Origin: Squalus acanthias
Lineage: Eukaryota
Assembly: GCA_030390025.1 (NCBI GenBank)
Contig: CM059432.1
Span: 152,336,001-152,400,000 of the forward strand
DNA length: 64,000 bases
Reading direction: 5' to 3'
The notes beneath the pieces are model-generated. The model saw only the letters and a list, made by a program, of their open reading frames with translations. It ran no database searches and had not been told where the DNA came from. The position numbers and the translations under genes are program-made. This document shows, in pieces, positions 12,590 through 24,987 of the stretch. Each line of letters starts with the position of its first letter. Position 1 is the first letter of the stretch.

Positions 12590-14660
12590 CCAATGCATCA
12601 TAGCGAATAAATCATTGAAGGTCTTCAAGTAGTAACGAGGCTATTAAGAAAGCTGTATTGCTACAGATAATATGCACAATATGAAACTAAGAATGCTACA
12701 CTTGGGTTGTACAAAGTTGGTATGGCCACATTTGTAACAGTGCATCTAGTTTTGGTTGTCACATGTGGCAGGGAATGCCTAGGCCTTGAAGTTACAAGGG
12801 CGGCCAAATTATATCCAGTCTTGGGGTTCTTATCTATCAAGTTAGGCTCCAGGAGCTAATTTTGTTAGAGAAATGCAGACTAGAGGGAAATACAGTTGAG
12901 GTTTTTAGAATAATGAAAGGGAATAGATTCTATCCAATTGAATAATTAATTGGAGATGGATAGCAATGGGAGAACTAGTGGGTAATGATTATAAAATATA
13001 CAAGAGTTGGTTAGATGCTAGGAATTTCTTTTCACAGGGAGTCATTGCCCACGGGAACAGATTACAGAAACATACGGATTGTCTGCCGTCCTTCAAAAAA
13101 AAAACTGAACAAGTTCATAGAAACATAGAAGATAGGAGCAGGAGTAGGCCATTCGGCCCCTCGAGCCTGCTCCGCATTTAATGAGATCATGGCTGCTCAT
13201 CCAAATTCAGTACCCTGTCCCTGCTTTCTCCCCATATCCCTTGATCCCTTTAGCCTTAAGAAATATATCTAACTCCTTCTTGAATATATTTAATGAATTG
13301 GCCTCAACTGCCTTCTGTGGTAGAGAATTCCACAGGTTCACCACTCTCTGGGTGAAGAAATTCCTCCTCATCTCAGTCCTAAATGGCTTACCCCTTATCC
13401 TTAGACTGTGAACCCTGGTTCTGGACTCCCCTGCCATCGGGAACATCCTCCTGCATCTAGTCTGTCTAGTCCTGTTAGAATTTTATAAGTTTCAATGAGA
13501 TCCCCTCTCATTCTTCTAAACTCTAGCGAATACAAGCCCAATCATCCCAATCTCTCTTCATACGTCATTCCTGCCATCCCAGGTATCAGTCTGGTGAATC
13601 TTCGCTGCACTCCCTCCATGGCAAGAACATCCTTCCTCAGATAAGGCGACCAAAACTGCACACAATACTCAAGGTGTGGTCTCACCAAGGCCCTGTACAA
13701 CTGCAGCAAGACATCCTTGCTCCTGTACTCGAATCCTCTCGCTATGAAGGCCAACATACCATTTGCCTTCTTAACCGCCTGCTGCACCTGCATGCTTACC
13801 TTCAGCAACTGGTACACAAGGACACTCAGGTCTCGTTGCACTTCCCCTTTTCCCAATCTATTGCCGTTCAGATAATAATCTGCCTTCCTGTTTTTGCCAC
13901 CAAAGTAGATAACCTCGCATTTATCCACATTATACTGCATCTGCCATGCATCTGCCCAATCTCCCAACCTGTCCAAATCATACTGGAGTTTCTCTGCATC
14001 CTCCTCACAGCACACACGCCCACCCAGCTTTGTGTCGTCTGCAAACTTGGAGATATTACATCTAGTTCCCTCGTCTAGATCATTAATATATATTGTGAAT
14101 AACTGGGGTCCTAGCACCGATCCCTGTGGTACCCCACTAGTCACTGCCTGCCACTCGGAAAAAGACCCGTTTATTCCAACTCTTTGCTTCCTGTCTGCCA
14201 ACCAGTTCTCTATCCAAGTCAGTACCTTACCCCCAATCCCATGCGCTTTAACTTTGCACGCTAATCTCTTCTGCGGGACCTTATCGAAAGCCTTCTGAAA
14301 GTCCAAATACACCACATCCACTGGTTCTCCCTTATCTATTCTACCAGTTACATCCTCAAAAAATTCCAGTAGATTAGTTCCTGAGAAGGGAGGACGTTTT
14401 AAGTTATAAAGGATTGGGTAGGGTGGCAGGTGGAAATAGGAAGTCTCGAGTTTGCATTAAGGAGTCAGAGGGGAATTTCCCCAGAGTTTTTCTCTAAATT
14501 TAACACAGATTTACAGATTTTTCACCTCCCAGGAGCTTGCATACGTTGGGTGGAGGGGAGGTGTTCAGTCAATTGCACAAGGCAGTACTATGTCTGGATT
14601 GGGTGCGCCCGACGGACCCGATGGTCTTTTGCCACCCTCCTCTTTCATGTGTCCGCATGT
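12590..14660 (+). mobile_element. Old CR1 3' fragment split by the younger CR1 at 13116-14378
   Basis: ARNFFSQGVIAHGNRL (ORF 12966..13181); the sequence resumes at 14379 (agttc lies on both sides of the insert). Confidence 0.55.
13116..14378 (-). mobile_element. Young 5'-truncated CR1 LINE
   Basis: ORF 13542..14321 carries RT motifs ([26 protein letters not shown]); intact 3' tail; closely related to 60137-60607. Confidence 0.95.
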
Positions 14661-14665
14661 GTCTC

Positions 14666-14758
14666 CCGACGAAGGAGTAGTAAGCTCCGAAAGCTTGTGA
14701 TTTCAAATAAAACTGTTGGACTATAACCTGGTGTTGTGCGACCTCTCAATTTTGTCTA
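14666..14758 (+). mobile_element. Degenerate Penelope-like terminal-repeat remnant (family A)
   Basis: cgacgaaggag...gctccgaaagcttgtgatttcaaataaaactgttggactataacctggtgttgtgcgac, same as the repeat at the 3' end of the PLE at 48603-50215. Confidence 0.85.
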
Positions 14759-15289
14759 CTATTATACCCAGGCCTCTTTTGGAGTCCCTTTATGCTAATA
14801 CAATTACTTTCATAGATTACATCAGAAAAATGAGACAAGTATTCAAACACTTTACATTTATGAGTCTATCACGTGATCCCAGGGGACGCTTCGAACTAAC
14901 TGCGCCGCTGGGATCCGTGAGCACTGCACACCGGCAGCTGGAGGCGGCCCAGGATCCGAATTCCACGCGGGCCCACAGCACAACGGCAGGCGTGCTATTT
15001 AAGTGCACCCGCTATGCTTGCACCCGCGGGAAACCTCCAACCCGAATTTCTGGCCCAATAAACACACGCTGATCAATGTTCCCTGTAAGCTGCACTTTGT
15101 TCTGTGCAGCCTGTTTCTTTTACTGCAAGGTCCCTTTAATTTTCTGCGCATGCAAGGTACTTACAATGGAAAAGCCGATGAGCGACCTACGCAGGTCCTT
15201 TCCCACTGCTGCGCAGCCACGCAGCTTAGAAGGAACATTGATGGTGACTACTTCTTATCTTTGATCTTTAGAAGATGAGGCATTTTTCT

Positions 15290-16078
15290 CATTTGGCCCA
15301 TTGTGCCTGTGCCGGCCAGCTATCCAATTAGTCCCACTCCCCAGCTCGTTCCCCATAGCCCTGCAAATTATTCCTTTTTAAAGTATATATCTGCTTCCCT
15401 TTTGAAAGTTACCACTGAATCTGCTTCCACCACCCTTTCAGGCAATGCATTCCAGATCATAACGACTCGCTGCGTAAATAAAATTGTACTCCCTTGTTCT
15501 TTTGCCAATTACCTTAAATCTGTGTCCTCTGGTTACCAACCATCCTGCCAGTGGAAACAGTTTCTCCCTATCCACTATCAAAACCCCTTAATTTTTAATA
15601 CCTCTATTAAAACTCCCCTTAACATTCTCAGCTCTAAAGGAGCACAACCCCAGTTTCTCTAGTCTCTCCACATAACTGAAGTCTCTTGTCCCTGGCACCC
15701 TTCTGGCAAGTCTCCTCTGCACCTTCTCCAAGGCCTTGACATCTTTCCTAAAGTGTGGTACCCAGAATTGAACAATACTCCAGCTGATATCTAACCAGTG
15801 ATTTAGAAAAGATTTACCATTCACTTCCTTGCTTTTGTACTCTATGCCTCTACTTATAAAGCTAAGGATCCTGAAAAAAACAGCTTTATCAACTTTTCCT
15901 GCCACCTACAAAAGATTTGTGTACGTGAACCCCCAAGTCGCTCTGTTCCAGTATCCACTTTAAAATAGCACTATTTAGTTTATACTGCCTCTCCTCATTT
16001 TTCCTTCCAAAATGCATCACTTCACACTTGTCTGCATTAAATTTCATCTGCCATGTTTCAGCCCATTGCACCAGTCTC
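15290..16078 (-). mobile_element. Old CR1 3' fragment
   Basis: WAETWQMKFNADKCEVMHFG; VQFWVPHFRKDVKALEKVQRR. Confidence 0.85.
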
Positions 16079-16664
16079 CCAGGTTCATAGGTTTTTTTTA
16101 ATATTCACTATCCTCTTCATTCCTCAGTCACAGTTCCTGTGTTTATGCAGCTCCTAATAATACAGACCAGTACCTCACCTGCTTCTTCTCATTTCCGAGA
16201 ATTCTAGGGTGTATGCTGTCTGCTTTAGGTGCCCTGCAGACAATTAATTTCTTGAGTTTCTTTATAATGCACTTCCCTGATCCTGATATACATCATGATA
16301 CAATATATAGATTCCCATGCCAAAATACCTGGATCTAGCATTTATCTAGAAGTTTCATTTGTAAATACCACTATGAAGAATTCATGTAACACCTGTGTTT
16401 ATTAACCCTCCCTAATATTCCTCTCCTGCTTGTACATAACTAAAAACATTTATTTGGATCCCTTTTTCTGAAGTCTATAATTTGCCATTATATTGGTCGC
16501 TTACATATTCTATTGCTCATTTTAATTATTCTCAACTAAACTTTGTATGGCATACACAACTTAAATGTAACTAATGGCAATTCATAGTTCTTAGGTTATA
16601 CAGATTTTATGTTAAATAACATTTAATTTAAAATTTAAAATTAAGGTTTGTTACATAAAACACT

Positions 16665-17448
16665 GGGCCGAATCTTGCCGGGAAAATAATGATGTGTTTA
16701 CGAAGCCATTATTAATGTGAAACTGGCCAGCAAGTTCAGGGGATTAAGAGACACACCGTGACTTGCAAATTTCCAAAACTTGGTCGATTTACACCGTTCA
16801 CTTTGCACAAACAGCATCTTAGCCTCCCCTTTATTTTTAAGTATTTGCTGGATTCGCACATTAATTGACCATTAAACTCGCCACAGTAAGTCAAGACTGG
16901 AAATTAAAAGAGCAAATAGCTTTTTAACAACATGATAATTGTTAATGCAATGCCAATCAACCTCTCTGGCCCAGAAATGGAACAATTTAAAGTGTTCAAT
17001 CTCATTTCTGCATGTAGCCAATTCTTGAGATTTAAAAAAGTCAAATTCAACATATTTTTCTTAATTTTCCTTTGTCTATTAAATCGAATCTTTCTTTCCC
17101 TCTTTATTTCTCTTTCTGTACCTGATTTGACTAATTCAACCTATTTCCATCTCAGTCGTTCCTTTCTCAATCCTTAAATCTCATTGCTTAAGGAGACAGA
17201 CCATTGGCCCCGCTGTTCACTAAGGTCCAGATGCTCCATTACCCATGCCACAGAGTTATCAGCTCATATTCCCAGCAGATTAGGGCAAAACAAGAAATTA
17301 AGTTGAAGGGTGCAGAAAAGGGATCAGCCATGATCTCATTGAATGGCAGAGCAGGCTTGAAGGGCCTACTCCTGCTCCTATTTCTTATGTTCTTAAAACC
17401 TCTAATGGGGCACGCCGCAAGATGTCCTGCTCCAGCAAGATCCGGCCC
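16665..17448. mobile_element. Non-autonomous DNA-transposon (MITE-like, possibly PIF/Harbinger) with a short CR1 tail inserted at ~17320-17395
   Basis: Terminal inverted repeats gggccgaatcttgccgg / ccagcaagatccggccc (15/17 match); internal similarity to 35168-35877. Superfamily is a guess. Confidence 0.65.
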
Positions 17449-17484
17449 ATAATAAATGTTTGGTATTTATTACATTTGATGACA

Positions 17485-17990
17485 TTATATAGAGATATAG
17501 AGGCACTGGAGAGGGTGCAAAAAAGATTTACAAGGATGATACCAGAAATACGAGGTTATATTCATCAGGAAAGGATGAACAGGCTGGGAGTCTTTGCTCT
17601 TGAAGAGAAGGCTGAGGGGTGACCTAATAGAGGTCCTTAAAATTTTGAACGGTTTTGATAGTAGATAAAGTGTGTTTCCACTTGTAGGGAGGGGCAAAAC
17701 TAGAGGCCATCATTATAAGATAGTCACCAAGAAATCAAATAGGGAATTCAGAAGAAACTTCTTTACCCAGAGAGTGGCGAGAATGTGGAACTCGCTACCA
17801 CAGGGAGTGGTTGCGGCAAACAGTATAGATGCATTTAAGGGGAGGCTAGATAAGCATACGAGGGAGAAGGGAATAGAGGATTATGCTGATAGAGTTAGAT
17901 GAAGAAGGATGGGAGGAGGCTCAAGTGGAGCATAAACATCGGCATGGACTGGTTGAGCCGAATGGCCGGTTTGTGTGCTGTATATTCAAT
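17485..17990 (+). mobile_element. CR1 3' fragment
   Basis: DIEALERVQKRFTRMIP; FRRNFFTQRVARMWNSLP. Confidence 0.85.
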
Positions 17991-18874
17991 GTAAACCAAA
18001 CATCTATTATGCTACAATCGGTTTACGTTTGTAGGGTTTCAAATCGGCTGCCTTGCAGGGCAAACCTTGTGCTTTTACCAAACAAGGATAGTACAGAGGC
18101 AAGGAGACTGGGATAGTCCACATTTTCCATAGGAGTACAAGACAAAAGCACCATTGTATCGCCATTATTAAACTGGTTCGCAGTAGGATTTAAACGTTAT
18201 AAAAGTAATTTAAAATTCCTCTCAACATTCTCAAAGGCGTGTCAGTAATCCAGTAGCACATAAAAACAAAGTATACCTTTCGATAAAACTGTAGTAATTG
18301 CTTGTAATCAAGACATTAAGACACAAATTGTTCAGCTAATTCATTTCAACTACAGCCCCGAGTTGAATTATGAAGTCCGCACAAGAGAACTTCTTTCAAG
18401 TCTGATGACTAAGCAGAAAATATCAAACATAAATCTATTTTACCATTTTATCTTATGTTGAGAAGTCCTCAAGTAATCCATAGTATTTCTATTAAAAGAA
18501 CCTATAAAAATGAACCAAATGAGTAATTACTGAACAGATAACTTCAAACTATCGCTTAAAGAAACAGGTAAAAAAAAAATTTACCCTGTAAGGAGCAGTG
18601 AGCTATAACAGAAAAGCAATTGCACGTGAAACAATTAGTCCAAACAAACATTTAGGAACTGTTCTTTGGAAAAAAAAATTGTGAAACAACCATCATATTT
18701 TAACTGATAGGTACATGTCAAAACCAGCTCAAAAGTTCACGCCCAAAAAATTACCATGATATGAACAAACCGCTGACCTTGGTTTTGTACAAAACATACT
18801 GGAAGGTCACTGATGACCTGATAACAATAAACTGGTCCCCAGTTATGAGCTAAACTACCAGTATACCAAAAGCT

Positions 18875-18970
18875 TTCCTGACAAAAGGTTATATCCAAAG
18901 TATTAATCTACCTTTTCTCCTTGTAGATGCTGACAGACCTGCTGTCTATTTCCAGCATTTTATGTTTTTC
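18875..18970 (+). mobile_element. Degenerate Penelope-like terminal repeat (family B)
   Basis: tagatgctgacagacctgctgtctatttccagcattttatgtttt resembles 33337-33383; the upstream hammerhead core is decayed. Confidence 0.55.
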
Positions 18971-19327
18971 CACCAAAAGCATTGTTACACAGAACAGGAA
19001 AAACACCTTCAAACTGAAGTATGCATCATTGGAGCTAAATACACCGCTAATGCATGGCTTCCTCTTTCAGCAATAGAATTGTTATACAAACTACTCGACC
19101 ATTTCACCTCCCCAATGTTAAAAAGTTGAAATTATGGTTAAAAAAATGAATTAACCAACAAATTAGTGCCTTCATGAAGTGACTATTTCAGTTATTTCAA
19201 TTGCAAGCAATTACTACAAACAGTGTTTGGTGTATAATATTGAAATGCAAAATATCACCCATCTATTGTTAATACATTTTAGCTCAGGTGATTATAAAAA
19301 AAAGCAACTAAAAATACAATACTGTAC

Positions 19328-19382
19328 CTTGGAAACCTGAGCACACCGACACAGAGTGACAACATCCAAGAAGGAAAATATT
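19328..19382 (-). CDS. FBXL2: FBXL2 coding exon (F-box), (R)IFSFLDVVTLCRCAQVSK
   Basis: tttttatag|AATATTTTCCTTC...GTTTCCAAG|gtacag, 55 nt. AG+A restores the Arg codon with the upstream exon. F-box sequence typical of FBXL2/FBXL20. Confidence 0.93.
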
Positions 19383-19630
19383 CTATAAAAACAATAAAAA
19401 TACAATTCATTACAAAATTGCAGCCAACAGTTAGACTTGGATAAAAAACACTTACAGAAAAAGTAGATAGTGATCTTACTAGAGATCCTATTAAAAAGAC
19501 TGTAGCATTATAATAACCATTAAGTTATCATACAAGGCTCCATCCCCAGCAACAACAACAAAAAAAGAGAAATCCCTTCCTATACATTTCTGGGGACTGA
19601 AGCTGGAGGAAGACCCAAAAATCATTAAGT

Positions 19631-20284
19631 GATCAGAAACTTAACTGGATTAACCTCATAAATACTGTGGCAACAAGAGCAGGTCAGAGGCTGGGTATTC
19701 TGTGGCGAGTGTCTCACCTCCTGACTCCCGAAAGCCTTTCCATCATCTACAAGACACAAGTAAGGAGTGTGATGGAATACTCTCCACTTGCCTGGATGAG
19801 TACAGCTCCAACAACACTCAAGAAGCTCGACACCATCCAGGACAAAGCAGCCCGCTTGATTGGCACCCCATCCACCACCTTAAACATTCACTCCCTCCAC
19901 CACCGGCGTACCGTGGCTGCAGTGTGTACCATCTACAAGATGCACAGCAGCAACTCGCCAAGGCTTCTTCGGCAGCACCTCCCAAACCCGCGATCTCTTC
20001 CACCTAGAAGGACAAGGGCAGCAGGCGCATGGGAACACCACCACCTCCAAGTTCCCCTCCAAGTCACACACCATCCTGACTTAGAAGTATATCGCTGATC
20101 ATCGTCGCTGGGTCAAAATCCTGTAACTCCCTACCTAACAGCACTGTGGGAGTACCTTGGCCACACGGACTGCAGCGTTTCAAGGCGGCGGCTCACCACC
20201 ACCTTCTCCAGGGCAATTAGGGATGGGCAATAAATGCTGACCTTGCCAGCAACGCCCACATCCCATAAACAAATAATTAAAAAA
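19631..20284 (+). mobile_element. Family Z LINE 3' fragment
   Basis: ORF 19667..20098 plus the family tail and A-run. Confidence 0.92.
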
Positions 20285-20734
20285 TAATAGTGTAAAACCT
20301 TCTCTGGTATGTGAGATGACCTGAATACACCTTTGTTTTGACAGGAGAAGAGAACAAAAGCTCCTCTCAGATTGAAAGTAATGTGGCAGGATGGGAGAAG
20401 ATCTCCCTTCACCCTGGGATGAAAGCAATTGCTAATTAGATGTGGAGAGTTCTTCCATACACAATATCCTTTGATGCAAGTGATTTAAAGCCCATTGGAT
20501 CCAGGGCACAGTGTCAAGTTGGATTCAAAACTAGCTCAGAGACAGGAAGCAGAGGGTAATGGTTGATGGGTGTTTTTGTGACTGGAAGGCCATTTCCAGT
20601 GGGGTTCCGCAGGGCTCAGTACTAGGTCCCTTGCTTTTTGTGGTATATATCAATGATCTAGACTTGAATATGGGGGTATGATTAAGAAGTTTGCAGATGA
20701 TGCTAAAATCGGCTGTGTGGTTGATACTGAAGAA

Positions 20735-20935
20735 TGTGAGAAGTCGCACAACACCAGGTTATAGTCCAACAGGTTTATTTGAAATCACAAGCTTTCGGAG
20801 CGCTGCTCCTTCGTCAGGTGAAGTCAGCGCTCCGAAAGCTTGTGATTTCAAATAAACCTGTTGGACTATAACCTGGTGTTGTGCGACTTCTCACATTTGT
20901 CCACCCCAGTCCAACACCGGCATCTCCACATCATG
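20735..20935. mobile_element. Penelope-like family A fold-back mini-insertion (inverted terminal repeat), 12-bp TSD gatactgaagaa
   Basis: 73-bp perfect inverted arms at 20733-20805 and 20825-20897; TSDs at 20723-20734 and 20936-20947; the empty site is visible in the sister CR1 (~24630-24650). Confidence 0.92.
20785..20821 (-). ncRNA. Minimal type I hammerhead ribozyme motif (PLE family A)
   Basis: UCAC-CUGACGA-A-GGAGC(AGC)GCUCC-GAAA-GC-UU-GUGA: conserved core, 5-bp stem II, palindromic AAGCUU stem III, 4-bp stem I. Confidence 0.8.
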
Positions 20936-23764
20936 GATACTGAAGAACGAAGCTGTAGACTGCAGGAAGATATCAATAAATTGGTCAGGTGGGCAGAACA
21001 GTGGCAAATGGAATTCAATCCGGAGAAGTGCGAGGTAATGCATTTGGGGAGGGCTAACAAGGAAAGGGAATACACATTAAATGGTAAGACACTGAGTAGT
21101 GTAGAGGAACAAAGGGACCTTGGAGTGCATGTCCACAGATCCCTGAAGGTAGCAGGCTAGGTAGATAAGGTGGTTCAGGAGGCATACGGAATGCTTGTAT
21201 TCTATGCCACGGCTAATAAAGGCAAGAGCAGGGGGGATATGCTTCAACTGTATAAGACACTAGTTAGGCCTCAGCTAGAGTACTGCGTGCAGTTCTGGTC
21301 ACATTAGTGCAATCACATCTTTCCTGTAGAGAGGGTACAGAGGAGATTTACAAGGATGTTGCCGGGAGTAGAGAATCTTAGCTATGAGGAAAGACTGGAT
21401 AGGCTGGGTCTGTTTTCCTTGGAACAGAGGCGGCTGAGGGGAGATCTTATTGAGGTGTATAAAATGATGAGGGGCATAGATAAAGTGGATAGAAAGGACC
21501 TATTTCCCTTAGCAGAGGGGTCAAAAACCAGGGGGCACAGATTTAAAATAATTGGTAGTAGGTTTAGAGGGGATTTGAGGGGAAATGTCTTCACCCAAAG
21601 GACTGTGGGGGTCTGGAACTCACTGCCTGAAAGGGTAGTAGAGGCAGGAACCTTCCTGTCTGTTGGAATTTCCCCAATGTTCACTAATTCCCTTGAAACC
21701 AGTCAGTACTTGTGTATACTCCCTTGTCTTTCCAAGTACATTTGGGTATAGTTCATCTGTCCGAGGGGTTAATTTGTTTTCAGGCCCTTCATTGTATCTG
21801 GAATCTCTCAACAATACAGTGGGAATTTGAAGTTGGTGCCTTCCTCAGGTGAAAACCTCCAAGTAGACACTTAGCATGTTAACTAGCCACTATTAATCTT
21901 CATGTTTAAATTCATCAAGTCCCTTAGAGTTTTAACTTGCTCCCTGACCACCCTCTTGTTTTTATAATATTGGAATAATATTTTGCATCTGTGGCTACAT
22001 CCCCTTCTTTTCTCTTGGCCATCCTAATCTCTTTTTTTTGACCTGTCTGTATAATCTGCTCAGCCAAATAGTCACCCTCTCACATCAGCATTTAACCTTT
22101 GCATTTTTTTCCCAGTCACATTTTTAATTTTCTTGTTAATCCATTTGAGAGCATATTTATTTACTTTGCCATTGGACTCAATTATGTACTTTACTGCATG
22201 ATGTGGTTAATTCTTTTAAAGGATGACTATTTACCCGTAACAGATTTATTCGTGAACACTGTTCCACCCTCAGAGTATGCCCCTGACATTTGCCCATTTA
22301 AAGTTGTATGCTAATGTTTGTTTCATTCGAGGACTTAATGTTTACACTACTGTTCATTTGGACATCCAAGTACCAGGAATGAGATGCTTGGGATAGATTC
22401 CATTGAACATGTAGATCTACCAGCTCGACATCTTTTCCCTGGCTTTAAACTCTTTGCCTTTATAATGGACCACATATTAGGAATGTGGGTAACTTGGTAG
22501 AGAAAGGGTCAATAACAACAAGAACTGATAGTTCGTGTTAATGGAGGAAATGGTAGGTGTCTAAACTGTGAATTCTGCAATGATGATTCAAGTTCAGACC
22601 GAACATGGAAACCTCACATGTATGGAAAGATGAAGTACTTCTGGAAAGAGAATACAAACATTGGGATTCCTGGATGAGCAGTAGATAGTTATAGGTACAG
22701 AGTATTTAACATGTACGTATTATTCCCTCGAGCAGTCAGTGAAACTAATTTGCATTCAGCTATCCCGATAGGTCCCTTTTGCAGATCCAATGCTTGACAG
22801 GGTTACAGCCCAAATTAGTCTGGCCAGCATTGTGCAACCAACAAGACTACTTAAATCATCTATGGATGCTGTGGATATAGTTAATAAAACACTATATTGA
22901 GGCATTGTACTGTTTAGGTTCACCTTGATTTGAGAATTTGAGTGTGAGCTCATATATTGCAGGTTATGATATCCTCTTTACAAAAGGGAAAAACTGTATC
23001 GGGAGGAGATTCATGTTACCCTTGATTATAAGCAGCACCAACAGTGTTCCAATCTTGTGACTTGGGAAACTCCCTAGGAAGAGCCATCAAGCCAAGACAA
23101 CAGCCTTTTTGGATAAAACACGGTTTGCATCTAGGGTGAAGGAGGTCAGGTAAAGCGAATAGCAATGCACGATAGAAGAAGGGGCCTCCTGAATCTTCCA
23201 CTCACATCAGTGAGTCAGGAAAGAGAAACCTGCTTGAAACATCATTGTTGCTGTCTACGGTGAGGAAGAATTGTGCATGTGCGCCAATTTGAAACGTGAT
23301 ACAAGCTATGGGGAGGGAACCAGAATATGCGTAAAGATTTTAAAGGAACACCACTTGTAGCAGCCCTCCCTCAGTACAAGTAGTGGACTATTTGTGGAGA
23401 TAGTGCTGCATTTGAAGAATGAGGAGCACTGCACCTTTAATGAGTAATCTAACATTATTTGTCTAATTAGTCACAACATGGTGTAAGTGATGGAAGATAA
23501 CTTGTGCTTCCTGACTGGCATTTTAAACTGTTGAGTTACAGTAGGTTGTGCTAGATTTGATTTATAAGTCACACTGAATCTGCATTCTTGTCCCCATAAA
23601 TGTATATGGAATGAGCTTGTATTGCTGATATGCAAATAGGACAGATGGATAAGAATTGAAATGCTACTGGTGGTACCACAAATCTTGTTCTTGTGTACTG
23701 GGCAACTTCTTTGCAAAAGTCTTGATTGGGAAGGAGAGAGAAGACACCACACAGACATGCACAC

Positions 23765-24987
23765 ATAGAATCATAGAAAGTTACAGCACGGAAGGAGGCC
23801 ATTTCGGCCCATCGTGTCCGCGCTGGCCAACAAAGAGCTATCCAGCCTAATCCCACTTCCCAGCTCTTGGTCTGTGGCCCCGCAGGTTAGAGCATCCCAA
23901 GTGCACATCCAAGTACTTTTAAAAATGTGGTTAGGGTTCCTGCCTCTACCACCCTTTCTGGCAGTGAGTTCCAGTCCCCCACAACCCTCTGGGTGAAGAC
24001 ATTTCCCCTCAAATCCCCTCTAAACCTTCCACCAATTATTTTAAATCTGTGCCCCCTGGTTTTTGACCCATCTGCTAAGGGAAATAGGTCCTTTCTATCC
24101 ACTTTATCTATGCCCCATATAATTTTATACTCCTCAATAAGGTCTCCCCTCAGTGTCCTCTGTTCCAAGGAAAACAGACCCAGTCTTTCCTCATAGCGAA
24201 GATTCTCTGTTCGCAGCAACATCCTTGTAATTCTCCTCTGTACCCTCTCGAGTGCAATCACATCTTTCCTGTAATGTGGTGACCAGAACTGCATGCAGTA
24301 CTCTAGCTGAGGCCTAACTAGTGTCTTATACAGTTGAAGCATAACCCCCCCTGCTCTTGTATTCTATGCCACGGCTAATAAAGGCAAGCATTCCATTTGC
24401 CTCCTTAACCACCTTATCTACCTGGCCTGCTACCTTCAGGGATCTGTGGACATGCACGCCAAGGTCCCTTTGTTCCTCTACACTACTCAGTGTCCTACCA
24501 TTTAATGTGTATTCCCTTTCCTTGTTAGCCCTCCCCAAATGCATTACCTCGCACTTCTCCGGATTGAATTCCATTTGCCACTGTTCTGCCCACCTGACCA
24601 ATTTATTGATATCTTCCTGCAGTCTACGGCTTCCTTCTTCAGTATCAACCACACAGCCGACTTTAGCATCATCTGCAAACTTCTTAATCATACCCCCTAT
24701 ATTCAAGTCTAGATCATTGATATATACCACAAAAAGCAAGGGACCTAGTACTGAGCCCTGCGGAACCCCATTGGAACAGCCTTCCAGTCACAAAAACACC
24801 CATCAACCATTACCCTCTGCTTCCTGTCTCCGAGCCAGTTTTGAATCCAACTTGACACTTTGCCCTGGATCCCATGGGCTTTTAACTTCGTGACCAGTCT
24901 GCCATGTGGAACCTTATCAAAAGCCTTGCTAAAGTCCATATACACTACATCAATCGCACTACCCTCATCTACCCTCCTTGTTACCTC
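23765..24987 (-). mobile_element. CR1 LINE, 5'-truncated, with 3' tail
   Basis: ORFs 24745..25023, 24326..24739 and 23887..24342; tail ...ctttctatgattctatg. Confidence 0.92.

Larger units (their letters stand above)
20489..21653 (+). mobile_element. CR1 fragment interrupted by a PLE fold-back insertion and carrying two micro-inversions
   Basis: RT and C-terminal motifs; near-identical to the inverted sister copy 23765-24987. Confidence 0.92.

Noticed and set aside
14716..15072. Recurrent short ORF starts MDYNLVLCD (14716, 20861, 62638, and 27830 on the minus strand) suggesting a small gene family or CRISPR-like repeats
   Set aside because: These are translations of the PLE terminal repeat from a TTG start; copies are dispersed with TSDs and have no spacer array.
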